Below the pieces are notes generated by a model. The model saw only the letters and a list, made by a program, of their open reading frames with translations, was not told the DNA's origin and ran no database searches. This document shows, in pieces, positions 61,638 to 64,000 of a stretch of 64,000 nt of DNA; within the stretch, counting starts at the first letter, position 1, and every line of letters starts with the position of its first letter. Both the position numbers and the translations under genes were made by a program. Source of the stretch: Amoebophrya sp. A120 (taxonomy: Eukaryota > Protista > Dinoflagellata). The stretch covers positions 3,143,151-3,207,150 of the forward strand of contig CAJINV010000007.1 of the NCBI GenBank assembly GCA_905178155.1, in the 5' to 3' direction.

Positions 61638-62933
61638 AGGACGTGCTTCTCCGCATCAAATTGAGCCCAGTTTTGATTGCCGCAGAAGTCTTTGATCACG
61701 AAAAATAGAGAATCGATAGAAGAAGTTGATACTGAAAGCACACTTGTACTTTTTTTGTCCCTAATATTTTACGTTGTTTTATTCACCAGGCTCTGCTGGA
61801 TACTTTTGATGAAAGAAGAGTATCTCTTGTCACCCCTGTTGCAGGCGCGCACGTTGTCATATACACAGGACCTCTTGGTGGTGTTTGTAGGACTTGTGCG
61901 CGAAAGGATACAAAAAATACAGGAGATTTGAAAATAGATTGTACGTAGACAAGATATGACCCTTAGAGGAATCGGTGGTAGTACTGGAAATAGGAAGATT
62001 CCTTGGTACTAGAGACGTGATAGGCAAAGACAACGACGGAAAATACAAAAATTTCCGGGCACGGGACTAGAAAGAGATGTGATGATTTTGAGGAATTCTG
62101 AAACTGTTTTTTGCAAAGTCAAAAGAGCGCGGACATGATAGATCCACATAGAAATACGATCGGAAATAAGTAGTTGTGGTCCACACATAAACAGGATACT
62201 CAGACGAGAGTCCCTGAAGTGCGCCTCGTTGTGCTGCCGGCGCAGGGAGTTCGTACTAGCTAGCACCTGCTCGTGCTCCCGAAAATAAAGCTTGTTATCA
62301 ACGTAGACGACCACCAGTAGCATGTGGTCACCCTTTTTCTGGTTTTAACAAATGATCCTTCGGTACGCGATAAACCTGCAGTCGCGTGTTTTACAAAAAA
62401 AAGCATCCGTCATGGCATTGTCCAAATTGCCTCAGTCAAGGCTTCGTTTCAAAGCACGGTGATGAAGATCATTCCTTTCATATGGCGTATGAAAGGTTGA
62501 TACGCATGTCGTTTACGTTTTTAGCTTCACCATACCTTTGACCGATTAAAGAGGACAACAGTCGGTCAGCAGTACTTTCGTCGTTAGCATCTTCTCCATT
62601 GCATCCGTCCGTCGTCGTGGGGCTTCAGGGTTGATGTGCTTGCGTCTTCTGTCAAAAGGGGGGGTTTCTTTTGTCAGTCGCAGAAGAATTGAAAATCAAA
62701 ATTCGAAGAAATTTTTTCACAGGTCGAAACCCTTCAATCAATAGCATGCAGCATGTGAACAATTTCGCATTAACAAACAAGATCTGGTTGCGGGGTATAA
62801 AAATCGCGGTACGAACATGGTCTTAGTCTAATACTGAGCTGCTGCGCAATTACGGGTAGTGCCGGTGGGCTCTACAACGACGACACAGGAATATAGATTC
62901 CGAACTTTTAATTACTTTTCATCACCTGAGAAG

Positions 62934-64000
62934 ATGGCCGCTCGTAAGTTCAACGACGACGAGCGCCGGTTTGGCGATTCCAGTCCTCCGAAATTCGATT
63001 TTGCGAAGCAGGGGAGCTTACGCATCTCCAACGAGGCGGCCCAGCGGCTGGATTACAAACGGCGGTTGCAAGCGTCGATCCCCTTTATCGTGCGATGGAT
63101 CAACCACCTGAGTCTCCCCTTCGAGAACGTGGTGTTGCGCATGAAGTCCCAGGACGAGCGCCCGCGGCTGACGAACTACAATTTGTTTGAAGCACTGCAA
63201 AACGGCCTGCTCTTAATCGAAATACACGAGGCCACGAGCGGGGGCGGGACGGGCGTGGGAGACGACGCGAGCGGCGGGAAAACGTTGATTCGGGGAGTAA
63301 ACAAGAAACCGGTGACAAAACCAATCATGCTGAAAAACTTGGAAATTGCACTGAGGTACGATAAGTAGAATCGCTTCATCTGATCGCGACGATTTCAGAT
63401 TCATCTTGCCTAGTGCGGTTGAAAAAGTATAGAGAATTCATACGATTTTGTCTCTCCACAGTGCATGATCTAGAGATGACACCAATTACGAATCCCACCT
63501 TTTCCGCGGAAACGAGGGGAAACCAGATTTGAAGAAAACTCCAACACCAATTCCAGGTACATTTGGGGCCAGTGCGCTCGCGCGTCCAACATGTGCACGC
63601 CGTTAGATTTTTACCACGGTGAGGCGTCGAAGGTGCTGCCTTGTCTGCTCGAGATGATGGAGGTCTGGGTGTTCAAAAAGAACCGCATGATGATCAACCG
63701 CACGTTGCAGGACATAAACACGTTTTGTGGCCGGTACAACCGGGATTTTCTCCCCCGGACCGACGAGGAGGCGGCATACAACAACTATGACGACGACGGA
63801 ACAAATTCAAATACAAACGCAGCTGCGCAGCAACAGAACCGAAAATACGACCTGGACAACATGTTGGCCCCGGATTTCGCCGACGGGATCAACGTGGCGA
63901 TAGTGCTGACGTCGCTGGATTTCGTCACCGAGTCGGAGCTGCTGCCGAAGATGTACGGGCGGCCGCAGACGCAACAACAGTTCCTCTTCAACTACCGCCT
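62934..64000 (+). CDS. Calponin-homology domain protein, 3'-truncated by the window
   Basis: Exons 62934-63355 and 63557->64000. Motifs IVRWINHL, NLFEALQNGLLLIEI and LKNLEIALRYI, plus a second DFADGINVAIVL. Confidence 0.75.

Overview
Eukaryotic, intron-containing, gene-dense 64-kb window. About 20 protein-coding genes all lie on the + strand. Recognisable products include a PIP5K, a K+-independent H+-pyrophosphatase, TGS1, an MFS transporter, CFAP210/CCDC173, an LRR protein, a Sfi1-like centrin-binding protein, an LSD1-type zinc-finger protein and a CH-domain protein. The gene content and organisation suggest an alveolate, most likely the parasitic dinoflagellate relative Amoebophrya (inference). 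The main signal is 12 short (209-321 bp) non-coding MITE-like insertions, every one inside a coding exon. Each has terminal inverted repeats with a TAT...ATA consensus end and a 5-bp direct repeat (TSD). They fall into at least 4-5 TIR families that share an internal GCATSACA motif, and they occur in both orientations. Removing the element plus one TSD copy restores the reading frame in all 12 cases, yet only one can be read as GT-AG. They are therefore transposon-derived non-canonical introns (introners) whose removal is apparently not dictated by normal splice-site sequence. No transposase, rRNA, tRNA or CRISPR array was seen. All exon coordinates were derived by eye and need RNA confirmation.
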